DNA from: a bacterium
Lineage (GTDB): Bacteria > Patescibacteriota > Patescibacteriia > Patescibacteriales > UBA12465
NCBI GenBank assembly: GCA_035414245.1
Contig: DAONYH010000003.1
Location: forward strand, 17,630 to 81,629
DNA: 64,000 bases
Direction: 5' to 3'
The notes beneath the pieces are model-generated. The model was not told the origin of the DNA and ran no database searches. It was given only the letters and a program-made list of their open reading frames with translations. The first letter of the stretch is position 1, and every line of letters starts with the position of its first letter. This document shows positions 31,459 to 41,383 of this stretch, in pieces. A program made the translations under genes and the position numbers.

Positions 31459-32508
31459 GCTTTTGTGAGCTAAGGCTGACTGTAAAAATTTTTCTGTCTT
31501 TTCTTTAATTAATTGTTTTTCACGCTTAAATTTATTTCTATAAACATCTTTTTTACTAAATACCAGCTTCGCTCTTTTTAGCAGAGCGCCGGATTTTAAT
31601 TTTTCTAAATCAACCACTAATTCCTTAGCCTTAATGAATTCGGCAAAACCATAATTGCGAATATCATACGCCACACTTATTTCTGGAGTTAAGGCTCCAA
31701 ATGACATTACCCCGACATGAAGCATCATACCAATCACTAAATCTAATTGAGAATAAACATATTTTTGTTCAGCCGGCGCTAAATCAATTTTGATAATATT
31801 TTTTATGCCCAATTCGTGATAAATATTTTCCTCGCCAGGATGATGTTTTAAATAATAAATTTGTGCCCCTTGTTTCAAAAAATATTCCGCTACTTCTCGA
31901 TAAGCGTTTAAAATATCATCACGCCAATGACCAAAGCCCAGCCAACCAGAATAATTTAAATTTAAACCAATCTTAATTTGTCGCGAATTTAATTTTAATT
32001 TTTTAATCTGAACCGGACTTAACTTTTTTTCTTTTAACAACGCGGCTGGATCACCAATCACTTTAACTTTTTTAGCCGCTAAACCATTTTTAATTAAAAA
32101 TCGTTTAGTATTTAAATCACGAACACCAACCCCGGCTGCCTGTTTTGCCAAAGTTAAAACACTGGCTGTATTTTTTGCGGGCCAAGCCAGAGCATCAACT
32201 TCTTTAATATAACCTAAACCAAAAAGATAAATTGGAGTTTTAATGGCTTTAATAAGACGCTCATTAAAAGGTAGAAAATAAGAATAAAAAATTCCTCCCC
32301 CACCAATAAAAATTAAATCCGCCGAGTTTAATTTCTTTAGGATTAACTCATCATCGGTTTTTAAAACTTCAACCGGAAAATCAATTATTTTAAGAAATTT
32401 AGATTTACTTCTTAATAATTCTTGAACAGCCAAAACTATGGCGTAATCGCCTTTATTTTTTTGATCCCAAACATGAATATGAGCGATAGTTAAAGTTTTT
32501 TTTGCCAT
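31456..32508 (-). CDS. Polysaccharide pyruvyl transferase family protein (WcaK/CsaB-like)
   Basis: NKGDYAI, IGGGG, VGVRD, GDPA, IGMMLH (cf. GMRLH). Confidence 0.82.
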   Translation of the reverse strand: MAKKTLTIAHIHVWDQKNKGDYAIVLAVQELLRSKSKFLKIIDFPVEVLKTDDELILKKLNSADLIFIGGGGIFYSYFLPFNERLIKAIKTPIYLFGLGYIKEVDALAWPAKNTASVLTLAKQAAGVGVRDLNTKRFLIKNGLAAKKVKVIGDPAALLKEKKLSPVQIKKLKLNSRQIKIGLNLNYSGWLGFGHWRDDILNAYREVAEYFLKQGAQIYYLKHHPGEENIYHELGIKNIIKIDLAPAEQKYVYSQLDLVIGMMLHVGVMSFGALTPEISVAYDIRNYGFAEFIKAKELVVDLEKLKSGALLKRAKLVFSKKDVYRNKFKREKQLIKEKTEKFLQSALAHKS

Positions 32509-32526
32509 TTTAAAAACCTAAATAAA

Positions 32527-33552
32527 TTAGTTTATGTTTAAATCTTTTTTTACCTTATTAAGAAGCGCTTCTCCCCGCTCTGGGTCACTATCGTGTTTTA
32601 AAAAGAGAAAAACAACTGTTCTAATCGCGGTCCAATTGTAATAAAGTCTGATTCTTTTTTCGAGCTGAGCACTATGTTTAACTTCAGCTAGTTTTAGATA
32701 AGAGTCAAGAAAAATTTTCTTAAATTTTTCCGCCAATTCTTTATCATTTAACTTTATAATTACTTTATATTCCAATTGCTGCAAAAAAGTACCTAAATCA
32801 CGAGCAAAATCACCCAAACAAAAATCAGTAAAATCAATCAAACCAACTCGCCCTTCACCGGTTTTTATAATATTCTCGGTGTGTGCATCGCCATGAATTA
32901 AATTTAAATTTAAATTCTTTTTAAAAAAATAATCTTCTTCAGCAATCAAGTAATCGTAAATTTTTATCAAATCTCTATCAAACTTGCCCTGATAACGCAA
33001 AGAAATCTCGTGCAGAATATTATTTACTCCGGGAACAACGGTTCGAATTCTAGAATTAATTGGATTAAAATTAACGGCTGTGCCAGCTGGTAATTGATGC
33101 AAGCGCACAAATACTTCAGCAGCTAATGGCAATAATTTTTCCACTTCTTGATACTGCGCTTTTTTAATATAGTATAATAAGGTTTCTCCTTCAATTCCAC
33201 GATAAAAAGTCCCCCGAAAATATTCAGAATAAAAAAGTGGGCGTGGAATATTTATGTGCTCCTGATTAAAATTATGCTTCCATAAAAACTCTAAAGCTTT
33301 TAAAACATTATCACGCGGTTCTTCACTATGAGCCGAGCAAACAATAAGCATTTTTTTAGAATTTCTATCTGGTCTTGTGAAATAAACATCATAACTTATT
33401 ACCACATGATAAGTTGTGTTCCAAACCATTTTTTTATATGGTTTGATTTCAATTTTTTCAATACCAGAAAATTTAGGATAAAGTGGTAAAACTTTTTCAG
33501 TAAATAATTCACGCACATAGTTCTCGTCAAATAACGACAATATCTTATTCAT
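32527..33552 (-). CDS. APH/choline-kinase-like phosphotransferase
   Basis: LIHGDAHTENII (Brenner motif) and GLIDF, followed by GDFARDLG. Confidence 0.82.
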   Translation of the reverse strand: MNKILSLFDENYVRELFTEKVLPLYPKFSGIEKIEIKPYKKMVWNTTYHVVISYDVYFTRPDRNSKKMLIVCSAHSEEPRDNVLKALEFLWKHNFNQEHINIPRPLFYSEYFRGTFYRGIEGETLLYYIKKAQYQEVEKLLPLAAEVFVRLHQLPAGTAVNFNPINSRIRTVVPGVNNILHEISLRYQGKFDRDLIKIYDYLIAEEDYFFKKNLNLNLIHGDAHTENIIKTGEGRVGLIDFTDFCLGDFARDLGTFLQQLEYKVIIKLNDKELAEKFKKIFLDSYLKLAEVKHSAQLEKRIRLYYNWTAIRTVVFLFLKHDSDPERGEALLNKVKKDLNIN

Positions 33553-33571
33553 AATTTATAAGAGAAGAAAT

Positions 33572-34759
33572 TTAGGCACTCTTCTGCCAATGCTTGCGCC
33601 AATGCTCTTCCCAAATCAATTTTTTAATTTTTAAATAATATCTTTCCGCTTTCAATTTATCTTTTTTAGTTTTTGGACTATTGAAAGAGCGAACTGATCT
33701 GATTAAATCTTCTAATCCTCGTTCAATTCCATCCGGACTCCAAGCAAATGGTCCAAATATTTTCGAAAAATCGTGCGCGCTCGCCCACCAAAAAGTACAA
33801 CTGGCTATTCCTCGCACCAAATGCCAACGATACCATTTATAATTTTTATCTTTTTTATATTTTTCACCTAAGTCCAAAGCTAAATAAGTTAGTCGCCATA
33901 ATAATTTATGAATTTTATTATTCCGGCCAGACCAGAGAGCAAAAGGTTGGCCACTTGAAACCTCCTGACGACTTGATTCCCAAGAACAAGAAATTAATTT
34001 TATTTTTTCCGCTTTTAATTTGGCTTTTTCTTGTTCACTAATAAATTTGGAAATAGTTTTAGTTTTTAAATTAGTTTCTTTAACAATTTTTTCCAACTCT
34101 GCCGTTGGATCTTCATGTCTTAAACCATAAAGCTCAGCATCAGTAGCGGTAATTATCACTTGCTTCTCTTTATTTTCTTTTTTTAATAATTCAAATAAAT
34201 TATGAGGCGGATAAGAGCTGGAAAAATCTCTGTCTCGAAAAACAATTTTTAAACCGCTCGCGGCGTCTAAATAATATTTTTTAAAATCAGGCCTTTTCTT
34301 TCCGCCGGCAAAAGCTAATTCATCCAAAATAAGCCATTTATACCCCAAACTTTTGATAATTTTAGCGACAGCACTTGAATAAGCCATCTCCGGAAGAAAA
34401 AAACCGGCGGGCTTAAAATTGACGCCAAAAAAATCTTTCAGAATCTTTTCATTTTCTTTTATCTGACGAACAATTTCAGCTTTAGTTAAAAGCGGAAGAA
34501 AAGCATGATAAGCAGCGGATGAAGTTAATTCTAAGCGCCCGGTTTTTACTAAAGCTTGTAGTCGTGTTAGAAAATCATTTTCGCCTTCAACTTTAAGTCT
34601 GACCAGTAGACAGCCGGAAATATTCCAAGTCATTTTCAAAGCACTATTTTCTTCCATCAAACGCAAAAGACGATAGTAACTTTTATTAAGCGCTAACTTA
34701 ATATTATAAGAATCAATATTAGCTGGTTGATAGAGATGCAAAAAATTAATCCACAACAT
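33572..34759 (-). CDS. Glycoside hydrolase family 57 protein
   Basis: HLYQP, SAAYHAFLPL, GFFLPEMAY (nucleophile Glu), ATDAELYG (acid/base Asp), SCTFWW. Confidence 0.85.
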   Translation of the reverse strand: MLWINFLHLYQPANIDSYNIKLALNKSYYRLLRLMEENSALKMTWNISGCLLVRLKVEGENDFLTRLQALVKTGRLELTSSAAYHAFLPLLTKAEIVRQIKENEKILKDFFGVNFKPAGFFLPEMAYSSAVAKIIKSLGYKWLILDELAFAGGKKRPDFKKYYLDAASGLKIVFRDRDFSSSYPPHNLFELLKKENKEKQVIITATDAELYGLRHEDPTAELEKIVKETNLKTKTISKFISEQEKAKLKAEKIKLISCSWESSRQEVSSGQPFALWSGRNNKIHKLLWRLTYLALDLGEKYKKDKNYKWYRWHLVRGIASCTFWWASAHDFSKIFGPFAWSPDGIERGLEDLIRSVRSFNSPKTKKDKLKAERYYLKIKKLIWEEHWRKHWQKSA

Positions 34760-34763
34760 AATG

Positions 34764-36227
34764 TTATTTTTTTAACACCTTTTGATAAAGCTCCACGTAT
34801 TTTGAGGCTGGGATTTCCCAGCTATTAGATTGACGCATTACTTTTTTTACTAAACTCGTCCAAATTCTTTTATGCTTTCGATTCTCTAAAGCGCGCACGA
34901 TGGCTGAGTAAAACATGTATGGATCTTCGGCTTTAAAAGTAAAACCATTTCCCTCTTTATTAACCGGATTAAAATTTTCTACTGTATCATGAAGACCGCC
35001 AATTTCTCTCACCACCGGAATACAACCATAGCGCATCGCAATTAACTGATTAATGCCGCATGGCTCATGATTGGACGGCAAAAGAAATAAATCACTGGCC
35101 GCATAAAGTAAAGTCTCACGATTTTGATCAAAGGGCAACCAAATAATTTTTTCCGGAAACTTTCGTTGTAATTTTTTTATGGGCTTAATATATTCTTCGC
35201 TGCCGTCACCCATAAAAACTAATTGTAAATCCATTTTCAAAAGCGGCTCTATTACTTTAACAATTAAATTAAAACCTTTTTGAAAAGTTACGCGCGAAGT
35301 CGTACATAACATTGGAATTTGACCGTTAACGGGCAAACCGATCTTCTTCTGCAAAAATGTTTTGTTATTTACTTTAGCTTCAGGATTATTATGAGTATAA
35401 GTTTTATGCAGCTTCTGATCGTTTTCTGGATTATAGGTATTATAATCAATGCCGTTGATGATACCAAAAAGTCGCTTGGAACGATTTTTTAAAATACGAT
35501 GTAAATCCTGCCCAAACTTTTTAGTCATAATTTCATCGCGATATTGTTCACTAACCGTATTAATAATATCAGCTGACAAAATGGCGCGTTTAGCAAAATT
35601 TATATTTTCAATCTCGGGATTATCAATATGAGGTAAACGGCTGCGACCATAATCTTTTTTCTTAAGCGGCACCTCCCACCAATTATGACCAAATTGAAAA
35701 ATTAAATTATGAATGGTAAAAACCGTTTTAGCTTTTTTTAAAGTTTTTGAATAACGAAAATCATTTTTTAAATAATAAGGAATAAGACCGGTTTGCCAAT
35801 CATGACAATGAATAATATCAACTTGTTTTTTTAAAATTGTTAATAATTTTAAAGCCGCTACATTAAAAACCAAGAAGCGAGCGTTTTCTCTGCCTGAACC
35901 GTATATTTTTTTATGTTTAGAAAAAAACTTTTTACACTCAACAAAATATACCGGCAAATCTTCCATTAAAAAACCTTGCCAATAATTAACCGTAATACTT
36001 TCTTTGCTATTTAAAGATAAATTAACATCAGAAAAAATCAATTTTAGATCTTTTTCTTCTTTATCAATCAAACGCCCATAAAGAGGAGTAATAATTGAAA
36101 CATCATGTCCTAATCTTTTCAAAGCTTTAGGTAAACTTCTCGTTACATCTCCCAACCCGCCGGTTTTAGAAAAAGGCGCTACTTCCGAAGCAATATGAAC
36201 TATTTTTAATTTTTTGGTTTTAGACAT
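34764..36227 (-). CDS. glgA: Glycogen synthase (GT5)
   Basis: EVAPFSKTGGLGDV (KxGG), HCHDWQ, TIHN, NGID, PSNHEPCG. Confidence 0.93.
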   Translation of the reverse strand: MSKTKKLKIVHIASEVAPFSKTGGLGDVTRSLPKALKRLGHDVSIITPLYGRLIDKEEKDLKLIFSDVNLSLNSKESITVNYWQGFLMEDLPVYFVECKKFFSKHKKIYGSGRENARFLVFNVAALKLLTILKKQVDIIHCHDWQTGLIPYYLKNDFRYSKTLKKAKTVFTIHNLIFQFGHNWWEVPLKKKDYGRSRLPHIDNPEIENINFAKRAILSADIINTVSEQYRDEIMTKKFGQDLHRILKNRSKRLFGIINGIDYNTYNPENDQKLHKTYTHNNPEAKVNNKTFLQKKIGLPVNGQIPMLCTTSRVTFQKGFNLIVKVIEPLLKMDLQLVFMGDGSEEYIKPIKKLQRKFPEKIIWLPFDQNRETLLYAASDLFLLPSNHEPCGINQLIAMRYGCIPVVREIGGLHDTVENFNPVNKEGNGFTFKAEDPYMFYSAIVRALENRKHKRIWTSLVKKVMRQSNSWEIPASKYVELYQKVLKK

Positions 36228-36700
36228 AAATTAGAATTTAAAGCACAAATCGCAATCGCCAAGGCATCGGCGGCATCATCTGGTTTGGGCAACTCTTTCA
36301 AGCCTAAAATTAGTTTAACCATTTTTTGTACTTGGAGTTTGCTCGCTTGGCCATAAGAAGAAACCGCCTGCTTTACTTGCGAAGGTGTATATTCAAGCAC
36401 GGGTAATAATCCTTGTTTTAAAGTTAGAATAGCCACACCGCGCGCCTGACCAACTATCAAAGCCGTTTTAACATTTTTATTGAAAAAAAGTTGCTCAACA
36501 GCGGCGGCCTGAGGTTGATACTTTTTTATAATCTTACTTAATTCTTTATGAAGAAAAAATAAACGATCAGCTAAATTATCTTTAGCTGAAGTTTTAATAG
36601 TTCCATAACAAAGACAACTTAATTTACCTCTTTCTTCTTTAATAACTCCAAAGCCGGTGTCAGCAATGCCGGGGTCAATTCCTAAAATAACCTTAGTCAT
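36206..36700 (-). CDS. ruvC: Holliday junction resolvase RuvC
   Basis: ILGIDPG, VEQLFF, YTPSQVK, DDAADALAIA. Confidence 0.96.
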   Translation of the reverse strand: MTKVILGIDPGIADTGFGVIKEERGKLSCLCYGTIKTSAKDNLADRLFFLHKELSKIIKKYQPQAAAVEQLFFNKNVKTALIVGQARGVAILTLKQGLLPVLEYTPSQVKQAVSSYGQASKLQVQKMVKLILGLKELPKPDDAADALAIAICALNSNLCLKPKN

Positions 36701-36707
36701 TTAATTA

Positions 36708-37427
36708 TTAGTTTAGGTTTGTATAATAATCATTTACATCTTCATTATCTTCCAGTTCTTCAATAAATTTTTCTATTTTTTGTAAATCCTCATCATTAAG
36801 AGTAATCTTTTCTTTTGGTACATAATCTATTTCCGCTCTTTCTAATTTCAAACCTTTGCCTTCTAAAAATTCTTTAATTATTTGCAAATCTTTCATTTCT
36901 GTATAAACACTAACTCCCTCTTCTTCTTTTTCAAAATCAACAATACCTTGATCAATTAATTCTAATTCCAGTTCTTCATTATTTATATGTTTGTCTTTTA
37001 TTTCACTTTTAGAAATCTGAATAACTCCTAATTGAGAAAAATTCCACATTACCGATCCAAAAGCGCCACCATTTTTAGTAAATAAATGACGCACGGTTGA
37101 ACCACTGCGATTACGATTATCGGTTATACATTTAACAATCACTTGTACTCCGGGTGGAATAAGACCTTCATAATATAGTTCCTCAACTTGATCGCCAGCT
37201 AATTCACCAGTTCCTTTTTTTATTGCTCTTTCAATATTATCCTTAGGCATGTTAACACTCTTGGCCTTTTCAATTGCGGAACGTAAAGCGGAATTAGTTT
37301 CCGGGTCACCACCTTTTTTAGCGGCAATCGTAATCACGTTAGCTATTTTCGTAAAAACTGCGCCTCTTTTAGCATCAACCAATTCTTTTTGTCGATGAGT
37401 GGTTGCCCACTTAGAATGTCCGGACAT
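36708..37427 (-). CDS. yebC: YebC/PmpR family protein
   Basis: MSGHSKW, MPKDNIERAI, TDNRNR, EDNEDV. Confidence 0.95.
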   Translation of the reverse strand: MSGHSKWATTHRQKELVDAKRGAVFTKIANVITIAAKKGGDPETNSALRSAIEKAKSVNMPKDNIERAIKKGTGELAGDQVEELYYEGLIPPGVQVIVKCITDNRNRSGSTVRHLFTKNGGAFGSVMWNFSQLGVIQISKSEIKDKHINNEELELELIDQGIVDFEKEEEGVSVYTEMKDLQIIKEFLEGKGLKLERAEIDYVPKEKITLNDEDLQKIEKFIEELEDNEDVNDYYTNLN

Positions 37428-37553
37428 AAACTTTTATTTAATTAATGATAAAACACCGAAAAATACTGTTTTCCAGCTAAGAAAACTTTAACTTAAATTG
37501 AAATAAAAATCAAGATGAATTATAATGAAAATATAATAAAATAACATAAAAAT

Positions 37554-38471
37554 ATGGATACCAAGCAACTTCCTAATTTAGATGAAAGCGTCATGTCCGC
37601 CCTAAATTTTTTTAGCAAAAATACCCCACCTAAATTTAATCTCAAAATCACTGATTTGCCTTTTATAATCGGCAGTGGCAATGCTTATAATACTGGCAAA
37701 ATAATTTTTTCTCAGCAACCAGCTGTTTTTGCTAATGAAAGTAATCTAAAAACCAAATTAAAAGCTCATAAAAAATTAATTAATGCGGGTGTAATTAAGC
37801 AAGCGATTATTATTTCTGCCTCCGGAGAAAAGGATGCAGTTTGGGAAATAGCAGAAGCCAAAAAATATGGTCTAAAAACTATTTTAATGACTTGTGGAGC
37901 TGATTCTTCAGGCGCAAAAGTAGCTGACCGAGTTTTAGTTTATAGAAAAATTGCTGAACCGCAAACTTACAATATCTCCACTTACTTAGGGATGATTATT
38001 TCGGTTAGCAAAGAAAAACCAGAGGCAATCAAAAAATTCTTGCAAAAAATAAAACTGCCCAAAAAGTTTGCTGATTACAACGCCTATTCATTTATTGTTC
38101 CTGATGAAATGGCTGAAATAACACCGATGTTAGACATAAAAAAACATGAACTTTTTGGTCCATATCTATCAATTCGTTCTTTTAGCTTTGGTGATGCTCG
38201 GCATGCTAAATTTGTTATGCCCTGGGAAAAAGAGTTAGTAATTAGTTTGGGAAAAAATAATTATTTTGGCTTTAAAAATCAGCGCTTGGAAATTAACTTG
38301 CCGAAAAATTATGGTCCAGGATTGGTGATGGCTTTAACTTATTATTTAATTGGCAAAATTCAAGCGAGTAAAAAACCTTATTACAAACAAAACATTGCTA
38401 AATATTGTTTAGAAGGGCCTAAGGCTTATGGGCGAAAAAAACCTTTTGCAATAATAGTCCCAGGTAATTAA
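37554..38471 (+). CDS. SIS-fold (sugar isomerase-like) hypothetical protein
   Basis: IIGSGNA and IISASGEK phosphosugar-binding-like loops; KKHELFG and RHAK resemble the second SIS domain. Confidence 0.55.
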   Translation: MDTKQLPNLDESVMSALNFFSKNTPPKFNLKITDLPFIIGSGNAYNTGKIIFSQQPAVFANESNLKTKLKAHKKLINAGVIKQAIIISASGEKDAVWEIAEAKKYGLKTILMTCGADSSGAKVADRVLVYRKIAEPQTYNISTYLGMIISVSKEKPEAIKKFLQKIKLPKKFADYNAYSFIVPDEMAEITPMLDIKKHELFGPYLSIRSFSFGDARHAKFVMPWEKELVISLGKNNYFGFKNQRLEINLPKNYGPGLVMALTYYLIGKIQASKKPYYKQNIAKYCLEGPKAYGRKKPFAIIVPGN

Positions 38472-38507
38472 AATACAATCATTTTTATATAAGCAGTATT
38501 CATATAA

Positions 38508-38540
38508 TAAAAAATACGCGAGAGAAAGCGTATTTTTTTA
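38508..38540. terminator. Probable bidirectional terminator
   Basis: AAAAAATACGC-GAGAGAAA-GCGTATTTTTTT between convergent genes. Confidence 0.75.
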
Positions 38541-38589
38541 TATAAATCTAGATAAACAAAGTAAGGTGTATTTTTTTCTTCGCTCCTGC

Positions 38590-39324
38590 TTATTTCTTGC
38601 CCTGATTTTTTACCTTCTTCATCTCCATCTGCAAAATTTTTTTATCCGCTAAATAATAATGGCGCAAAGGTTTAAATTTATTATCTAATTCATAAACCAA
38701 AGGAATACCAGTCGGAACATTGACTTCTAAAATTTCTTTAGCTGACATTTTGTCTAAATATTTAATTAAGGCTCTTAAACTATTACCGCTGCCAGTGATC
38801 AAAATTCTTTCCTGATTTTTTAAACGAGGAATAATTTGTTCTCGCCAAAAAGGAATGATGCGTCCTACTACGTCTTTCAAACTTTCGGCTTTGGGTACGG
38901 GAATATTTTTATATTTTAATTCACCTAGTTGATTATACTTATTATTTTTAGAAATTTCTGGTGGTCGCACCGAATAGCTCCGCCGCCAAATTAAAACCTG
39001 TTTCTCACCAAACTTAGCAGCCATTTCTTTTTTATTTAAACCCTGAAGATTGCCATAATGTCTTTCGTTTAAACGCCAATCAGTAATTTTTTTAATATTT
39101 GCTAAACCCATTTCTTTAAGAGTGATGTTCATTGTGAGTGAAGCTCTTTTTAATAAAGAAGTAAAGGCAACATCAAAATTAATATTAGCTTTCTTCAAAG
39201 ATTGACCAGCTTTTTTTGCTTCTTGTTTGCCCTTCTCAGTTAAACCCACATCCACCCAACCAGTAAACAACCCTTTTTTATTCCAAGTACTCTCTCCGTG
39301 GCGCAATAAAACAATTTTTATCAT
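38590..39324 (-). CDS. gpmA: 2,3-bisphosphoglycerate-dependent phosphoglycerate mutase
   Basis: LRHGESTWN, FTGWVDV, WRLNERHYGNLQGLNK, WRRSY, GNSLRAL, PTGIPLVY. Confidence 0.95.
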   Translation of the reverse strand: MIKIVLLRHGESTWNKKGLFTGWVDVGLTEKGKQEAKKAGQSLKKANINFDVAFTSLLKRASLTMNITLKEMGLANIKKITDWRLNERHYGNLQGLNKKEMAAKFGEKQVLIWRRSYSVRPPEISKNNKYNQLGELKYKNIPVPKAESLKDVVGRIIPFWREQIIPRLKNQERILITGSGNSLRALIKYLDKMSAKEILEVNVPTGIPLVYELDNKFKPLRHYYLADKKILQMEMKKVKNQGKK

Positions 39325-39366
39325 ATATTTTTTTATAAATTAACTTTATTTTGATTATATCATAAA

Positions 39367-39396
39367 TTGACGACAAAAGTTGAAAAATGATAGTAT
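39367..39396 (+). promoter_or_regulatory. Sigma70-type promoter for the LysM/M23 gene
   Basis: TTGACG-18 nt-TAGTAT with an extended TG. Confidence 0.45.
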
Positions 39397-39474
39397 AAAC
39401 ATAAGTTTAAACAAACTGATATAAAAACATCTAAAGCTAGCCAATTTAAGAAAATAGCCGTAGAAATCGGCTTA

Positions 39475-40824
39475 ATGACGATAAAGGTGCTCCATTTTTT
39501 AGGAGATCTTATAGTCAAATTGGTCCGGCTGGTAGCCGGCTTTTTTAGTCTACTCTTTAAATTTTTATTTTCTCGAATTTTAGTAAAAATTTATTTTGGT
39601 ATTTTTCGTTTTAAAAACAATATTTTAAAAGAAAAAAGTTCTTCTCAATTATTGAATAAAAACTTAGCTTATTTCTTTATTTTTTTCTTAGCCGCCTTTT
39701 TTATTTATAACAATGTAAAAACACGCAACGAGGTTAGCGCGGCTACCGTAAATAATGTATCAAAAACAGTGATGGCTAATTTGGTAAAAAATGAATTTAG
39801 TATTTTAAATGATGAAGAGTTAATTGAAGAAGGTTATACTCCCGGTAGTTTGAAAACAGCTGGCCAAGAAAAATACGATACTGATATTTTAGTCGCCATT
39901 AAAAAAACTCCAAACTTAGAAAACATTAGCTCAACTACTGGATCGCAACAAACTGAATATAATCCTTTGGTTTTAGTAAATGAAGAGGCGGTAGCAGTAA
40001 AACCACTGGCTGTTTCAGATGATGTTTTAGCTGATGATGGCATAATTCCAGAAAGAAAAGAAATTGTTTATTACACTGTTCAAGCGGGTGACACAGTTAG
40101 CACCATTGCCCGCAAATTTGATATTACCATCAACACAATTTTATGGGCCAACAATTTGAGTTCATACAGTTTAATTAGACCCGGGGATTCACTAACAATT
40201 TTGCCCAAAAGCGGTGTGATGCATACGGTAAAAAGTGGTGATACGATTTCTAAAATCGCAAAATTATATGGAGTAGATGAAAATGAAATAACTAGTAGCA
40301 ATAATCTAGGCAACACTTTGAAAATTGGAGATAAAATAATGGTGCCGGGCGGTAGAAAAATTGTCACAATTGCCAAAACAACTTCGGCGCCCAGCAATAC
40401 TACCGGTCTCTCAATTATTCGTGATTTAGTAAAAACTCCCGCTGCTACAGCTGCCAGTTCTGAAGGGGGAAAAATGTTATGGCCAACCGAGGGACAAAGA
40501 ATTACACAATATTATTCTTGGCGTCACACTGGTTTAGATATTGCTAATAAAACCGGTACTCCTTTATACGCTGCCGAAGATGGAACAGTTGAATTTGCCG
40601 GTTGGAACAAGGGATATGGTTATAATATTTTGATTGATCACGGGGGTGGCAAAAAAACTCGCTATGCTCATGCCAGCAAACTTCATGTATCAGCGGGTGA
40701 TGTGGTAACCAGAGGTGATACGATTGCAGATATGGGTTCAACCGGTTGGTCAACTGGACCACACATTCATTTTGAGGTTATAATTAATGGGACAAAACAA
40801 AATCCTTTAAATTATATAAAATAA
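39475..40824 (+). CDS. LysM-LysM-M23 peptidoglycan DD-endopeptidase
   Basis: YTVQAGDTVSTIA and HTVKSGDTISKIA LysM repeats; HTGLDIA, YAH, STGPHIHFE. Confidence 0.93.
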   Translation: MTIKVLHFLGDLIVKLVRLVAGFFSLLFKFLFSRILVKIYFGIFRFKNNILKEKSSSQLLNKNLAYFFIFFLAAFFIYNNVKTRNEVSAATVNNVSKTVMANLVKNEFSILNDEELIEEGYTPGSLKTAGQEKYDTDILVAIKKTPNLENISSTTGSQQTEYNPLVLVNEEAVAVKPLAVSDDVLADDGIIPERKEIVYYTVQAGDTVSTIARKFDITINTILWANNLSSYSLIRPGDSLTILPKSGVMHTVKSGDTISKIAKLYGVDENEITSSNNLGNTLKIGDKIMVPGGRKIVTIAKTTSAPSNTTGLSIIRDLVKTPAATAASSEGGKMLWPTEGQRITQYYSWRHTGLDIANKTGTPLYAAEDGTVEFAGWNKGYGYNILIDHGGGKKTRYAHASKLHVSAGDVVTRGDTIADMGSTGWSTGPHIHFEVIINGTKQNPLNYIK

Positions 40825-40825
40825 T

Positions 40826-41077
40826 ATGGTGGAAATTTTGATTGGCATCGCCTTAGTGGCTGCCGGCGCAGTTTTAGTAATGAAAACCGAATGGTTTATA
40901 AATAATTTTGGTCGCTTGGCTTGGTTTGAAGCTAAACTCGGTTTTGAAGGTGGCTCTCGTTTAGGATATAAGCTGATTGGCGTTCTATTATTAATTGTCG
41001 GCATAATATTTATGACTGGGAGTGGTGAAAGTTTTGCTGCCTGGTTGCTTTCCCCTTTTATTAAGAGGAGAATGTAA
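40826..41077 (+). CDS. Small membrane protein
   Basis: 83 aa, two TM segments, starts 1 nt after the M23 stop. Confidence 0.75.
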   Translation: MVEILIGIALVAAGAVLVMKTEWFINNFGRLAWFEAKLGFEGGSRLGYKLIGVLLLIVGIIFMTGSGESFAAWLLSPFIKRRM

Positions 41078-41146
41078 AAATTTGAAAGTGAGGGTAATTA
41101 AAAGAAGTTGAAGTGGAAAAAAAATAGAGGAAGTAAACAATTTTAC

Positions 41147-41175
41147 TTGACCAAAATAATACTAGTTGCTAATCT
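41147..41175 (+). promoter_or_regulatory. Sigma70-type promoter for tRNA-Ala
   Basis: TTGACC-17 nt-TAATCT with an extended TG. Confidence 0.55.
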
Positions 41176-41217
41176 TTTTACAGTTTACTAGATTTTAATG
41201 TATAAATAAAAAATCAT

Positions 41218-41291
41218 GGGCCCTTAGCTCAGCTGGCTAGAGCACCTGCTTTGCAAGCAGGGGGTCAAGGGTTCGAATCCCTTAGGGTCCA
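41218..41291 (+). tRNA. tRNA-Ala(TGC)
   Basis: Cloverleaf GGGCCCT/AGGGTCC with G3.U70; anticodon loop TT-TGC-AA; TTCGAAT T-loop; CCA not encoded. Confidence 0.96.
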
Positions 41292-41306
41292 CCTTAATCT
41301 GTACCT

Positions 41307-41345
41307 AAAAACGCCCCTAAACAGCTTGTTTATTAGGGCGTTTTT
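41307..41345 (+). terminator. Terminator after tRNA-Ala
   Basis: AAAACGCCC...GGGCGTTTTT inverted repeat. Confidence 0.65.
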
Positions 41346-41383
41346 ATTTAGCCAAAAATCTTGAAAAATGATAAAATAAACTC

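Noticed and set aside
32527-33552. Aminoglycoside-resistance gene (and vancomycin-resistance vanY at 6479-7435)
   Set aside because: Only fold-level motifs are shared; the contexts (glycogen cluster, pilin fusion) argue against resistance cassettes.
39394-39474. In-frame open stretch upstream of the M23 gene (possible ATA start at 39421)
   Set aside because: No canonical start codon and no independent support; cannot be decided from sequence alone.
41218-41345. Integrative element or prophage at tRNA genes (Ala, Ile-Pro cluster, Arg-Met-Lys)
   Set aside because: No integrase, no duplicated tRNA 3' end (att site), and the flanks are core genes.
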